A stretch of 12,944 nucleotides of DNA from Oligoflexales bacterium. Lineage in GTDB: Bacteria > Bdellovibrionota_B > Oligoflexia > Oligoflexales > CAIYRB01. Below are positions 1 through 7,172 of the stretch, one piece after another. Where the stretch lies: the NCBI GenBank assembly GCA_041736175.1, contig JBGSUI010000208.1, positions 1 through 12,944 of the forward strand. Direction: 5' to 3'. Position numbers and translations under genes: made by a program. How positions within the stretch are numbered: position 1 is the first letter of the stretch; each line of letters begins with the position of its first letter. The notes beneath the pieces were generated by a model that ran no database searches, was not told the origin of the DNA, and saw only the letters and a list, made by a program, of their open reading frames with translations.

Positions 1-502
1 CGCTCGGAGTCTGCGGTCTTTTTTAAAAACTTCACTCGAAGCGGCAAATTTGTTTATGGGGCGGCTTGATTCGATCTGAGCGGGAAAAATGAGCAAATTG
101 GCTGCAGAGGCTCATATAGAAACCGTTTTGTAAGCCCCAAAACCCGTCAAGCTTTTTCTGAAAAATTCCAGGAATATTTTTAGAGCCAGTTCGTCCCGGG
201 GCGAACGACGCCAGAAGCGTGCAGTCCAAGATTCGGTGACTCCAGAGGTGGAGCCCATTGCGAAAAAATCCAGGTCGGCAATTCCAAGGACCGCTCGCCG
301 CGAGGTTTGGTCCCGGGACGAAGGACCCGGACTTGGACAGAAGTCGAAGGAAGTCGATGGAAATCGCTGAACCTCGGAGCAGGAAAGATTTAGGAGAGGA
401 ACGCGTCGTCCCGGGAAAAAACAGTTGGAAAAAGGTGGACCCAAAGGTGAGTCCAAATTTTTAGATCACGATCAGCTGGCCAACCGTGGGGTCAAGGCCC
501 AA

Positions 503-623
503 TCTTCGCTATTTTGATTGGTCGTTAAGTCAATTAGGAAATTTTAGGTGGCTTGATGCATTTCTTGCTATTTTAAGATGGTGGAAAGCAGATAGTCCCA
601 TTGTTGCTATTTTTGCGTGGTCG
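503..623. repeat. Three degenerate direct repeats, consensus TYTT(C)GCTATTTT-N3-4-TGGTSG
   Basis: GCTATTTT cores begin at 508, 567 and 606. Each is preceded by T(C/G)TT and followed 3-4 nt later by TGGT(C/G)G. They lie in non-coding DNA upstream of the AbiE operon. Confidence 0.6.
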
Positions 624-772
624 TCAACATCCTAACATTGTCTGAAACTTATGTTTAAAGCTTGGTCGGGTGAACTTGCCTGATCGCAAGCCACTCCCCC
701 TGGTCATAGGCAAGACTCCACAATGGCCTACGGGAATCGGTTAAAGACTTTTGCCTCCCCCCCGTTCTCCAT

Positions 773-817
773 TTTTGCACCAGATCATGTTGCTTTTCGA
801 CATTATCTGGTGCAAAA
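773..817. promoter_or_regulatory. Long inverted repeat, probable AbiEi autoregulatory operator
   Basis: Perfect 13-bp arms TTTTGCACCAGAT (773-785) and ATCTGGTGCAAAA (805-817), extending inward imperfectly to about 20 bp with a 5-nt spacer. Ends 35 bp upstream of the abiEi ATG. AbiEi antitoxins are known to repress via long promoter inverted repeats. Confidence 0.75.
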
Positions 818-852
818 TAAGGGTGCGAGTCGCATATCTCAAAGGGTGGGCA

Positions 853-1506
853 ATGTCTTCTTTTATTCAAAGTTTAAAAACAAAAATACCAAAAAAATCC
901 TTTGATGACAGGGACTTAAGGATCATCTTTCGGGACATAACACCGAATGCTTTACGTCTGGCGATTAAACGGGCTGTAGACGCCCAGCACCTTATCCAAC
1001 TAAAAAAGGGATTTTACGTATGGTCTGCAAAAGACATGGGCCAACCCCTCTCAAAACTGATAGTCGCCGGAAAGCTCTGTGCACCAAGCTATATTTCTTT
1101 TGAAAGCGCATTGTCTTATCACGGTCTCATACCAGAAGCCGTTTATACGACCACCTCTGCACACACACAAAGGCGGACTAAGTCTTTCACGACGCCTTTA
1201 GGTGATTTTTCTTACCAGTACATTCCAAGCCGGTCTTTCCCCTTGGGAGTTAGGTACGAAACAAACACCGAAAACGACCATTTTATGATGGCAACACCCA
1301 TCAAAGCCTTGCTTGACTTGGTTTTTGTCACGCGAAAGCACTACCTGTCACTGGTGCATCTTGAGGAAGATCTACGCATTGAGCGCAAAGACCTATACGA
1401 AAAAATCAACGACCTAAAAAAGGACGAGATTAAGGAACTAGCCCACTCCTACAGGAAAAAAACCACGGAAGGCTTAGGCAAGCTTCTAATCAAGGAGTTC
1501 TTATGA
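853..1506 (+). CDS. abiEi: Type IV toxin-antitoxin system AbiEi-family antitoxin / transcriptional regulator (217 aa)
   Basis: N-terminal wHTH-like segment (LIQLKKGFY) and the motif PSYISFESALSYHGLIPEAVY. ATGA overlap with a downstream AbiEii-type nucleotidyltransferase. ATG 853 preferred over the ORF-track start at 751 because AAGGG precedes it and the operator lies in the 751-852 extension. Confidence 0.88.
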   Translation: MSSFIQSLKTKIPKKSFDDRDLRIIFRDITPNALRLAIKRAVDAQHLIQLKKGFYVWSAKDMGQPLSKLIVAGKLCAPSYISFESALSYHGLIPEAVYTTTSAHTQRRTKSFTTPLGDFSYQYIPSRSFPLGVRYETNTENDHFMMATPIKALLDLVFVTRKHYLSLVHLEEDLRIERKDLYEKINDLKKDEIKELAHSYRKKTTEGLGKLLIKEFL

Positions 1507-2342
1507 AGGATCTTGTTCAGCAAAGACTTGATCGATACCAGCGATTGACAGCCGAAGACGAGGAGAATGCTCTTAAAGAGGTCGCCCAAGAGATCGCCCT
1601 TTATGGTCTCTACAAAGCTGATTTTTTCACTCATGGGTGTTTTTTGGGTGGAACTGCGCTCCGTATCCTACATGGACTTGACCGGTTTTCGGAAGATTTA
1701 GATTTTTCGTTGCTTAAGGTCGATCGATCATTTGATCTGGCTCCTTTTCTTGCGGTTGCTGCAAAAATCATGGGGTCTTTTGGCTTTAATTTCGAAGTGG
1801 ACGTTCCGGATAAAAGCGACCAGGCAGTTAAAAATCCGATGCTTAAAGATGACAGCATTAAAAAAATGATGATCTTAAAGCACTTTCACAATCCAAAGAA
1901 AAAAATCAAAATCAAAGTAGAAGTAGACACCAATCCACCAGGTGGATCGACGCCAGAACAAAAATATCTAGATTTTCCGATCGATTTTGTGGTCCTGGCG
2001 GGTGATCTTCCCTCTCTTTTTGCAGGTAAATGCCATGCTCTGCTTTGTCGACCTTATGTAAATGGCCGGGACTGGTATGATTTTTCTTGGTTTCTGGCTC
2101 GGGGAATCCAGCCCAACTATGGGTTTCTTTCCCAGGCTTTAAATCAGATGGGGCCTTGGCAAGGCATCAATCCCCGTGTGAACGGCCTTTGGTTGAGGAA
2201 ATCTCTTGAGACCAAGGTCGATTCCCTGGATTGGAAAATAGTTAAAAATGATGTGAAGCGGTTTCTGGGGTCGCAAAGACAGGAGTCTCTCGAATTATGG
2301 AGTCGTGATTTTTTTCTCAATAAACTGACGAAAATCAGCTAA
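1503..2342 (+). CDS. abiEii: AbiEii/AbiGii-family nucleotidyltransferase toxin (279 aa)
   Basis: Signature motifs FLGGTALRILHGLDRFSEDLDF, KIKVEVD and AGKCHALL...GRDWYD. Translationally coupled to the upstream antitoxin. Confidence 0.92.
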   Translation: MKDLVQQRLDRYQRLTAEDEENALKEVAQEIALYGLYKADFFTHGCFLGGTALRILHGLDRFSEDLDFSLLKVDRSFDLAPFLAVAAKIMGSFGFNFEVDVPDKSDQAVKNPMLKDDSIKKMMILKHFHNPKKKIKIKVEVDTNPPGGSTPEQKYLDFPIDFVVLAGDLPSLFAGKCHALLCRPYVNGRDWYDFSWFLARGIQPNYGFLSQALNQMGPWQGINPRVNGLWLRKSLETKVDSLDWKIVKNDVKRFLGSQRQESLELWSRDFFLNKLTKIS

Positions 2343-2377
2343 AGTTCACCGCTCAATTCCATGGATCACTCTAACCA

Positions 2378-3007
2378 ATGACTGCACAAAAACACTCTAA
2401 AAGCCGTGCTAAGTATCACCATGGGGATCTCGTCCAAGCGGTGACCAGTGCTGCTGTAGAGCTGATTAACACCCGCGGCGAGGCCCATTTTTCTCTGCGG
2501 GAGATCGCCGCGTCGATCTCCGTGAGTCATGCTGCTGTGTACCGGCATTTTACCAATAAGCGAGCCGTGCTTGCGGCGGTGGCCGAAGATGGATACCAAA
2601 AACTCATCGAAATCCTGGCTGGATCTGAGCTGCCTGAGGGAGCGAACATCCACGACCGTCTGCGCCTCCAGTTTACCAACTACGTCCAATTTGCTCTTAA
2701 GCACCCAGGCCATTACCGGGCGATGTTTCACCATGAACTCAGCGAAAAGCAGGACCTCCCAGCACTCGACAAGATAGCCACCGAGGCTGGTGCCCTGCTT
2801 CTAGCCAACGCCCAAAAGGCTCTTGCCGAGCACCCAAACCGCAGCGAGTCGGTGGAGTCCTTGGCCTTAGGTTTTTGGGCCATGGCCCACGGATTTGCCG
2901 AACTGACCCTAAACCGCCAGTTCCCATCGGCTCGTACCAAAGACCCCGACGTGATGGCCCAGCGGATTCACGAGGTGACGGAAATTTTACTGAGTGGGTT
3001 GGTTTAG
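2378..3007 (+). CDS. TetR/AcrR-family transcriptional regulator with WHG-type C-terminal domain (209 aa)
   Basis: YHHGDL N-terminus, HTH FSLREIAASISVSHAAVYRHF, HPGHYRAMF and the WAMAHG motif. Confidence 0.92.
   Translation: MTAQKHSKSRAKYHHGDLVQAVTSAAVELINTRGEAHFSLREIAASISVSHAAVYRHFTNKRAVLAAVAEDGYQKLIEILAGSELPEGANIHDRLRLQFTNYVQFALKHPGHYRAMFHHELSEKQDLPALDKIATEAGALLLANAQKALAEHPNRSESVESLALGFWAMAHGFAELTLNRQFPSARTKDPDVMAQRIHEVTEILLSGLV
2965..2985 (+). repeat. 21-bp direct repeat, copy 1 (GATTCACGAGGTGACGGAAAT), inside the TetR 3' end
   Basis: Identical to 11816-11836; 23 of 24 match if extended 3'. Confidence 0.9.
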
Positions 3008-3127
3008 GGATTTTACGAATCTTTAAAGGGATGAAATACTTTCAACATTGTGAATGACCTTCTTTTGTCTTAAAATGAGTTTATGAAATTACATAGACCT
3101 GTCCACGAACCCATAGGGAAAAATACT

Positions 3128-4429
3128 ATGAAAAAGAGTTGTGACTTCAAAAAAGTTTTTTCCCCTTGGCTAGTTGGTCTATCCTATGCGGTCTTTTTAT
3201 CCCTTTCTTGCAAGACTATGGCTCCTTCGAAGAGTGGGATCACGGCAACAACGTCGGACTCAGGGGGCCAGCAGAAGTTGGCTCAATTAAAACAAGAGGT
3301 GTCTGATCTGGCTGATATGACAGCACAATTCTGGATCAATAACGGAATCGACCAAGAGTATGGCGGATTTTATGGTACTGTAAAAGTCGATGGAACCCCA
3401 GACAAAGAATCGCCCAAGCAGCTCTCCCAACAGGCGAGGCACCTGTGGTTTCTTTCTGCCTATGCCCGGTTGAAAAACAATCCAAAAGCAAAAAAAGAAG
3501 CGCAAAGTCTTTTTAAGTTTATATACGAAAAATTTAGGATAAAAGACGGCGAATATGCTTTGTATACGGACTTCCGAGGCGATAAACTCCCCCCAAGGGA
3601 CGGTAAACTCTCACTCTATATGCATAGTTTTGTCATTTTTTCTTTTTCGGAGTATTTCAAATTAACGAAGGACCCTGTCGCTCAAAAAGAAGCTCTTGCT
3701 GTGCTTAAGAATTTTCCCCATGACGAAACCCATGGAGGTTACGACCAGTCGAAAGAAGCAAGATGGTATGCCGGGGTTAAAGAAACCAATTCCCATATGC
3801 ACGCCATGGAAAGTGTGATGAACCTTTATGAAACCATGCCCGATACCCACGGAGAAAAGAAGTTTGTCTATGGTCGGTTTAAAGAACTTTTTGATATATT
3901 TATGACCAAAGTAACCCGCAACGGATTCGCCTATCACGACGCATTTGATGCCGCGTGGAATCCAACGGGTGAAGGGTGGGTCAATTACGGCCATGATTTT
4001 GAGATCATTCACCTTCTACTCAAAGCTCGAAAACTCCTAAATCCCACCGACCCAGCCACACTGGCCCACATCAAAAAACTCGCAGAACGTGCCATCAAGA
4101 CTGGTTATGACTACAAGTCCGGGGGATCCTTTTACAAAGGTACCCTCGACGGGACTGTAAAGGACTCGACTAAAATTTGGTGGCCCCAATGTGAGCAACT
4201 TTTAGCACTCTACCAACTCCATAAGACTTTTCCCGAAATGGGAACTCTAGAACTCATGGAAAAAACCTTTCGGTGGATACAAAACAATCATTTGAGTCCC
4301 TCAATCCCCGGAGCCTGGTTTGCAACTGCTGGCAATCGAGGGACCCAGGAATGGAAGGATCATCTTGGCACCGAATGGTTTGCAAGCTATCACACCATGC
4401 GAGCGCTCCTAGAGATCAGCTTTTTATGA
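3128..4429 (+). CDS. AGE-family epimerase/isomerase (cellobiose 2-epimerase / N-acylglucosamine 2-epimerase fold) with predicted lipoprotein signal (433 aa)
   Basis: Motifs DQEYGGF, QARHLW, LYMHSFVIF, NSHMHAME, YGHDFE, WWPQCE and YHTMRA. N-terminus MKK...hydrophobic stretch...LSLSC lipobox. ATG 3128 is preceded by AGGGAA; an alternative in-frame ATG lies at 3083. Confidence 0.85.
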   Translation: MKKSCDFKKVFSPWLVGLSYAVFLSLSCKTMAPSKSGITATTSDSGGQQKLAQLKQEVSDLADMTAQFWINNGIDQEYGGFYGTVKVDGTPDKESPKQLSQQARHLWFLSAYARLKNNPKAKKEAQSLFKFIYEKFRIKDGEYALYTDFRGDKLPPRDGKLSLYMHSFVIFSFSEYFKLTKDPVAQKEALAVLKNFPHDETHGGYDQSKEARWYAGVKETNSHMHAMESVMNLYETMPDTHGEKKFVYGRFKELFDIFMTKVTRNGFAYHDAFDAAWNPTGEGWVNYGHDFEIIHLLLKARKLLNPTDPATLAHIKKLAERAIKTGYDYKSGGSFYKGTLDGTVKDSTKIWWPQCEQLLALYQLHKTFPEMGTLELMEKTFRWIQNNHLSPSIPGAWFATAGNRGTQEWKDHLGTEWFASYHTMRALLEISFL

Positions 4430-4503
4430 ACAAATAAAGTGATCAGTAAAAAGGATCTAGTGGCATCGGGAGTCTCAGATCGTAACGCGTCTTTAATCCT
4501 GAA

Positions 4504-4824
4504 TTATTCGTCATGATGACTTTTGCCAGTTTTTTTCAAATAAACCGAATATCTCATCAGGTAGTCTTGCAATGCCATTTTAATCACTGCAGATGTGCTA
4601 ATGTTGAGGTTTTTACTAATCTCATCGAGGGCAGCATACATTTTTCGATTAAAATCGATGCTTCGCCTTACAATCTCGTTATTTAACTGGAATGCAGCTT
4701 TTTTTTCGTTATAAACATCTATTGGCTTTTTTCCTAATTTTTTTGGCAGGAATTCCGCTATATCCTCTTGTTTATCCACCATAGATGCCAGTTTCTCAGG
4801 ATCAATATAATTTTTCTTTTTCAA
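4504..4824 (-). CDS. BrnA-like / CopG ribbon-helix-helix antitoxin (106 aa)
   Basis: C-terminal RHH pattern RRSIDFNRKMYAALDEISKNLNISTSAVIKMALQDYL. The TTG start overlaps the toxin TGA (TTGA) and has a strong SD AGGAGGT (4832-4838, minus strand). Confidence 0.72.
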   Translation of the reverse strand: MKKKNYIDPEKLASMVDKQEDIAEFLPKKLGKKPIDVYNEKKAAFQLNNEIVRRSIDFNRKMYAALDEISKNLNISTSAVIKMALQDYLMRYSVYLKKTGKSHHDE

Positions 4825-5090
4825 ATCTGATACCTCCTTTTTTCTTCCTTAGTCGTTTTCCAAAGAGTCACAATCCAGACAAAGATACCGTCCTCATCTT
4901 CCCTGAACTCATGAATGACCGATATGAGTACACCCCTGCTACTAAATCCAACTGCTACATACTGCTCTGGATCGTCATTTAGAAGTCCAGATCCAAAAGC
5001 ATTCTTGATCGCGATCTGAGCCTGCTCAAAGGATACACCTCGCGTCTTTTCAACCAACTCGGATTTTTTTTGATCCCACTTGAACCGCAA
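4821..5090 (-). CDS. brnT: BrnT-family ribonuclease toxin (89 aa)
   Basis: N-terminal FKWDQKKS...GVSFEQA and C-terminal IVTLWKTTKEEKRRY match the BrnT pattern (FEWD..K..GI.FEEA / IISARKAT..E...Y). Toxin-first gene order, TTG start, purine-rich SD GGGGGAAGGG. Confidence 0.78.
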   Translation of the reverse strand: MRFKWDQKKSELVEKTRGVSFEQAQIAIKNAFGSGLLNDDPEQYVAVGFSSRGVLISVIHEFREDEDGIFVWIVTLWKTTKEEKRRYQI

Positions 5091-5120
5091 GATTGCGCCC
5101 TTCCCCCTAAGATATGAAGA

Positions 5121-5172
5121 AAACTAATTGAACTTAAAGATAAAATCAAGGAAATATCATGTAACAGTTACA
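5121..5172 (-). promoter_or_regulatory. Putative sigma70 promoter and palindromic operator of the brnT/brnA operon
   Basis: Minus strand TTGATT (5149-5144), 17 bp, TAGTTT (5126-5121). Perfect interrupted palindrome TGTAAC-A-GTTACA at 5160-5172. Confidence 0.5.
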
Positions 5173-5331
5173 AAGTGTCTCTTTGTTGGTGCTGCCGATC
5201 ACGCTGTAAACAGCGAGGTGATGATTTGGGCAGGGGGGTGGCCGAACAGCAATATCCCCTAATACTAACTTAGAATACTCCTTTCTGATGAGTTTGTCAG
5301 TCGACTCAGCCAGCTTCTTGATGCTGCCTGT

Positions 5332-6909
5332 TTAAAAACCATCTCCATTTGTTTTAAGTTGGTTGGCGACGATGGTCCATAAATTAATGATTAAAATCGA
5401 ATTATCGGCTATTAAGATCAGTTCCCCCTTATCCGTAGTCTTCCAGAGGGAATAATTTCGGTTCCCGGTCCCTAAAAATTTTGCACGCCCCGTCTGCTGT
5501 AACCTTTTTTTCCAGCTATAAATCGGTTCCACTGATCCGTTGCAATCAGCACACATACAGCGCTGAGAAAAACGACTGATATAGAAGTCGCTACCGATTT
5601 GAAACATCGGGAGATTTTTAATGTCCGTCATGATAGCCCTGTCCGATTTGTTGAATTCATAAATCTTTCCTGAAAGCGCAATGGCATTATTCGCTAAAAT
5701 TTTCCAATACTCTTTTGTAGAGTCTAAGATTGCTGTAGAATTGAGATCTCTTTTGTAAAGAAAAACTTGATGTATATTGTTACTACTAGGATTTTTTTTG
5801 GTAAAAATGATCTTATTTTTTGCAACGACTTCAAAGCTATAAGAAGATCTCTCCGTAAAAGCGATGGGTTGATTTCGTATCATTCTATTAGTCTTGATGT
5901 TCCAGAATTCAGGAGCCCACGACTCAATCGCTCCTATGGGTTCTATAAAGACCTCGTCCTCATTTATTTTTTTAAGACGGTATTTAAAAACTTCTCCTGA
6001 AGTTGAAGCGACCGGCTCAGCCGACTTTGTAGTGAACGCATCGGCGGCCGTATTGGAAACGACCACAAAGGAATCAGGACTCATCACGATAAGCCTGGGC
6101 CAGTCTGCTTCGGCATTTCTAAGAGCACGCCGTTTAAAGATCATAAGCGGTTTTTGGTTTGAGGTCGTCACTGAAGGCTTTGTAGGCCAAAGAAAAACCA
6201 TTCCGGATTGAACCGACAAAAACATATTATCATTCAATGATGTGAAGTTAGTTACGCGCGCATTTTCCACATCATAGGTGAAAGTCTCAGAACCATTGGT
6301 CATGTCGATGCCGACTATTTTACGATCTAAACGTTGATAAACGAACTGATGACCACCAATCAAGCTCAAAGAACTAGCGGAGGTACCACCCAAAGTGCTG
6401 AAGCTACCTTTTTCTTGAGCAAACACGGCAAGGTGTTCCCACTTAGGTACCTGAAACCCTGCAGGTGATTTCTCTCGAGTGGATTCATTGCTCATTAACT
6501 TCACAAACTCAACATAGTTTCGAATCACTTCTTCATCGACCCGCCCTGAAACTAGAAGTCTCTGCTCATCTGGAGTTTGAGCCTGGTTTGATTGAAGTTC
6601 TTTTTGAAGGTTTCTTTCAATATTTTTTCTGATCTGAATTTTTCGCCATTCAGGAACTTCCTTGTCGGCGACACTGAGTAAAGCAGCTTTCAATGCAGGG
6701 TTTTTTTGGTTTAAAAACCTTACGTTTCTGATGACTTCATTGTCGGGCAAATATTTGAATATCTCGATGAGACAATCAACATTCAATTTTTCAATCGGCC
6801 CCGAACAGAGATTGGCGTCATCTACCTTGGTCTGCGATCCCACATCGCGATCCAAACGATGGCACCCTGAGTTGAACAGGCTTATAAATATAATATACTT
6901 TTTAAACAT
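5332..6909 (-). CDS. Predicted lipoprotein with N-terminal F-box-like motif and beta-rich (propeller-like) C-terminal region (525 aa)
   Basis: Long uninterrupted ORF. Signal MFKKYIIFISLFNSGC. Residues 39-69 IEKLNVDCLIEIFKYLPDNEVIRNVRFLNQK fit the F-box pattern. From about residue 160 there are repeated short hydrophobic strands and turns (e.g. VFLWP, APEFWNIKTN, ILIINL). Confidence 0.65.
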   Translation of the reverse strand: MFKKYIIFISLFNSGCHRLDRDVGSQTKVDDANLCSGPIEKLNVDCLIEIFKYLPDNEVIRNVRFLNQKNPALKAALLSVADKEVPEWRKIQIRKNIERNLQKELQSNQAQTPDEQRLLVSGRVDEEVIRNYVEFVKLMSNESTREKSPAGFQVPKWEHLAVFAQEKGSFSTLGGTSASSLSLIGGHQFVYQRLDRKIVGIDMTNGSETFTYDVENARVTNFTSLNDNMFLSVQSGMVFLWPTKPSVTTSNQKPLMIFKRRALRNAEADWPRLIVMSPDSFVVVSNTAADAFTTKSAEPVASTSGEVFKYRLKKINEDEVFIEPIGAIESWAPEFWNIKTNRMIRNQPIAFTERSSYSFEVVAKNKIIFTKKNPSSNNIHQVFLYKRDLNSTAILDSTKEYWKILANNAIALSGKIYEFNKSDRAIMTDIKNLPMFQIGSDFYISRFSQRCMCADCNGSVEPIYSWKKRLQQTGRAKFLGTGNRNYSLWKTTDKGELILIADNSILIINLWTIVANQLKTNGDGF

Positions 6910-6960
6910 TGAAATTTCACCAATCCATGTATAAACAAAATGACCCGACGCAGGAGTCGC

Positions 6961-6976
6961 TGCAAAGTTTATACCA
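6961..6976 (-). promoter_or_regulatory. Sigma54 (RpoN) -24/-12 promoter motif upstream of the F-box-like lipoprotein
   Basis: Minus strand TGGTATAAACTTTGCA matches the consensus TGGCACGNNNNTTGCW with exact GG-N10-GC spacing. It is correctly oriented, about 50 bp upstream of ATG 6909. Confidence 0.7.
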
Positions 6977-7020
6977 AGATCTGAGCTCTATTAGTCCAGC
7001 TAATTCCTAAGCATCTTCAG

Positions 7021-7170
7021 ATGCTAAGTCCTTATTCTTCATATTCTTTCCTCTCTGATCATGCACTGATTGAGTTTAAAAAAAGGTTTCCCGAGGCACA
7101 AACAAAACTCATTACCTGGGAATCTGGAGCAGAATTTCTAGCGAGTTCACGGTCTTTAGAGGGGCTTTAA
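7021..7170 (+). pseudogene. Short ORF (49 aa), probable 3' remnant of another COG1373/DUF4143 ATPase gene
   Basis: Translates as MLSPYSSYSFLSDHALIEFKKRFPEAQTKLITWESGAEFLASSRSLEGL*. The L.EF.KRFP.A...LIT.E...EFL segment resembles the extreme C-terminus of this family. No clear SD. The stop lies 2 bp from the convergent ATPase stop. Confidence 0.4.
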
Positions 7171-7172
7171 TT

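Noticed and set aside
1..464. Short ORFs 32-229, 112-456 and 258-464, and a minus-strand AAAAAGCTTGACG promoter-like element at 145-157 (possible stable-RNA operon leader)
   Set aside because: The ORFs overlap, have no recognisable motifs and lack clear SD sequences. No -10 hexamer lies 16-18 bp from TTGACG, and no rRNA or tRNA sequence is visible.
751..852. 34-aa N-terminal extension of AbiEi from the ORF track
   Set aside because: It spans the inverted-repeat operator. ATG 853 has an SD-like sequence and gives a typical family length.
5192..5233. Imperfect hairpin (CTGCC...CGCTGT-AA-ACAGCG...GGCAG) as terminator or integron attC site
   Set aside because: There is no U-tract on the relevant strand, no RYYYAAC/GTTRRRY ends, and no similar element in the other intergenic regions, so an integron cassette array is not supported.
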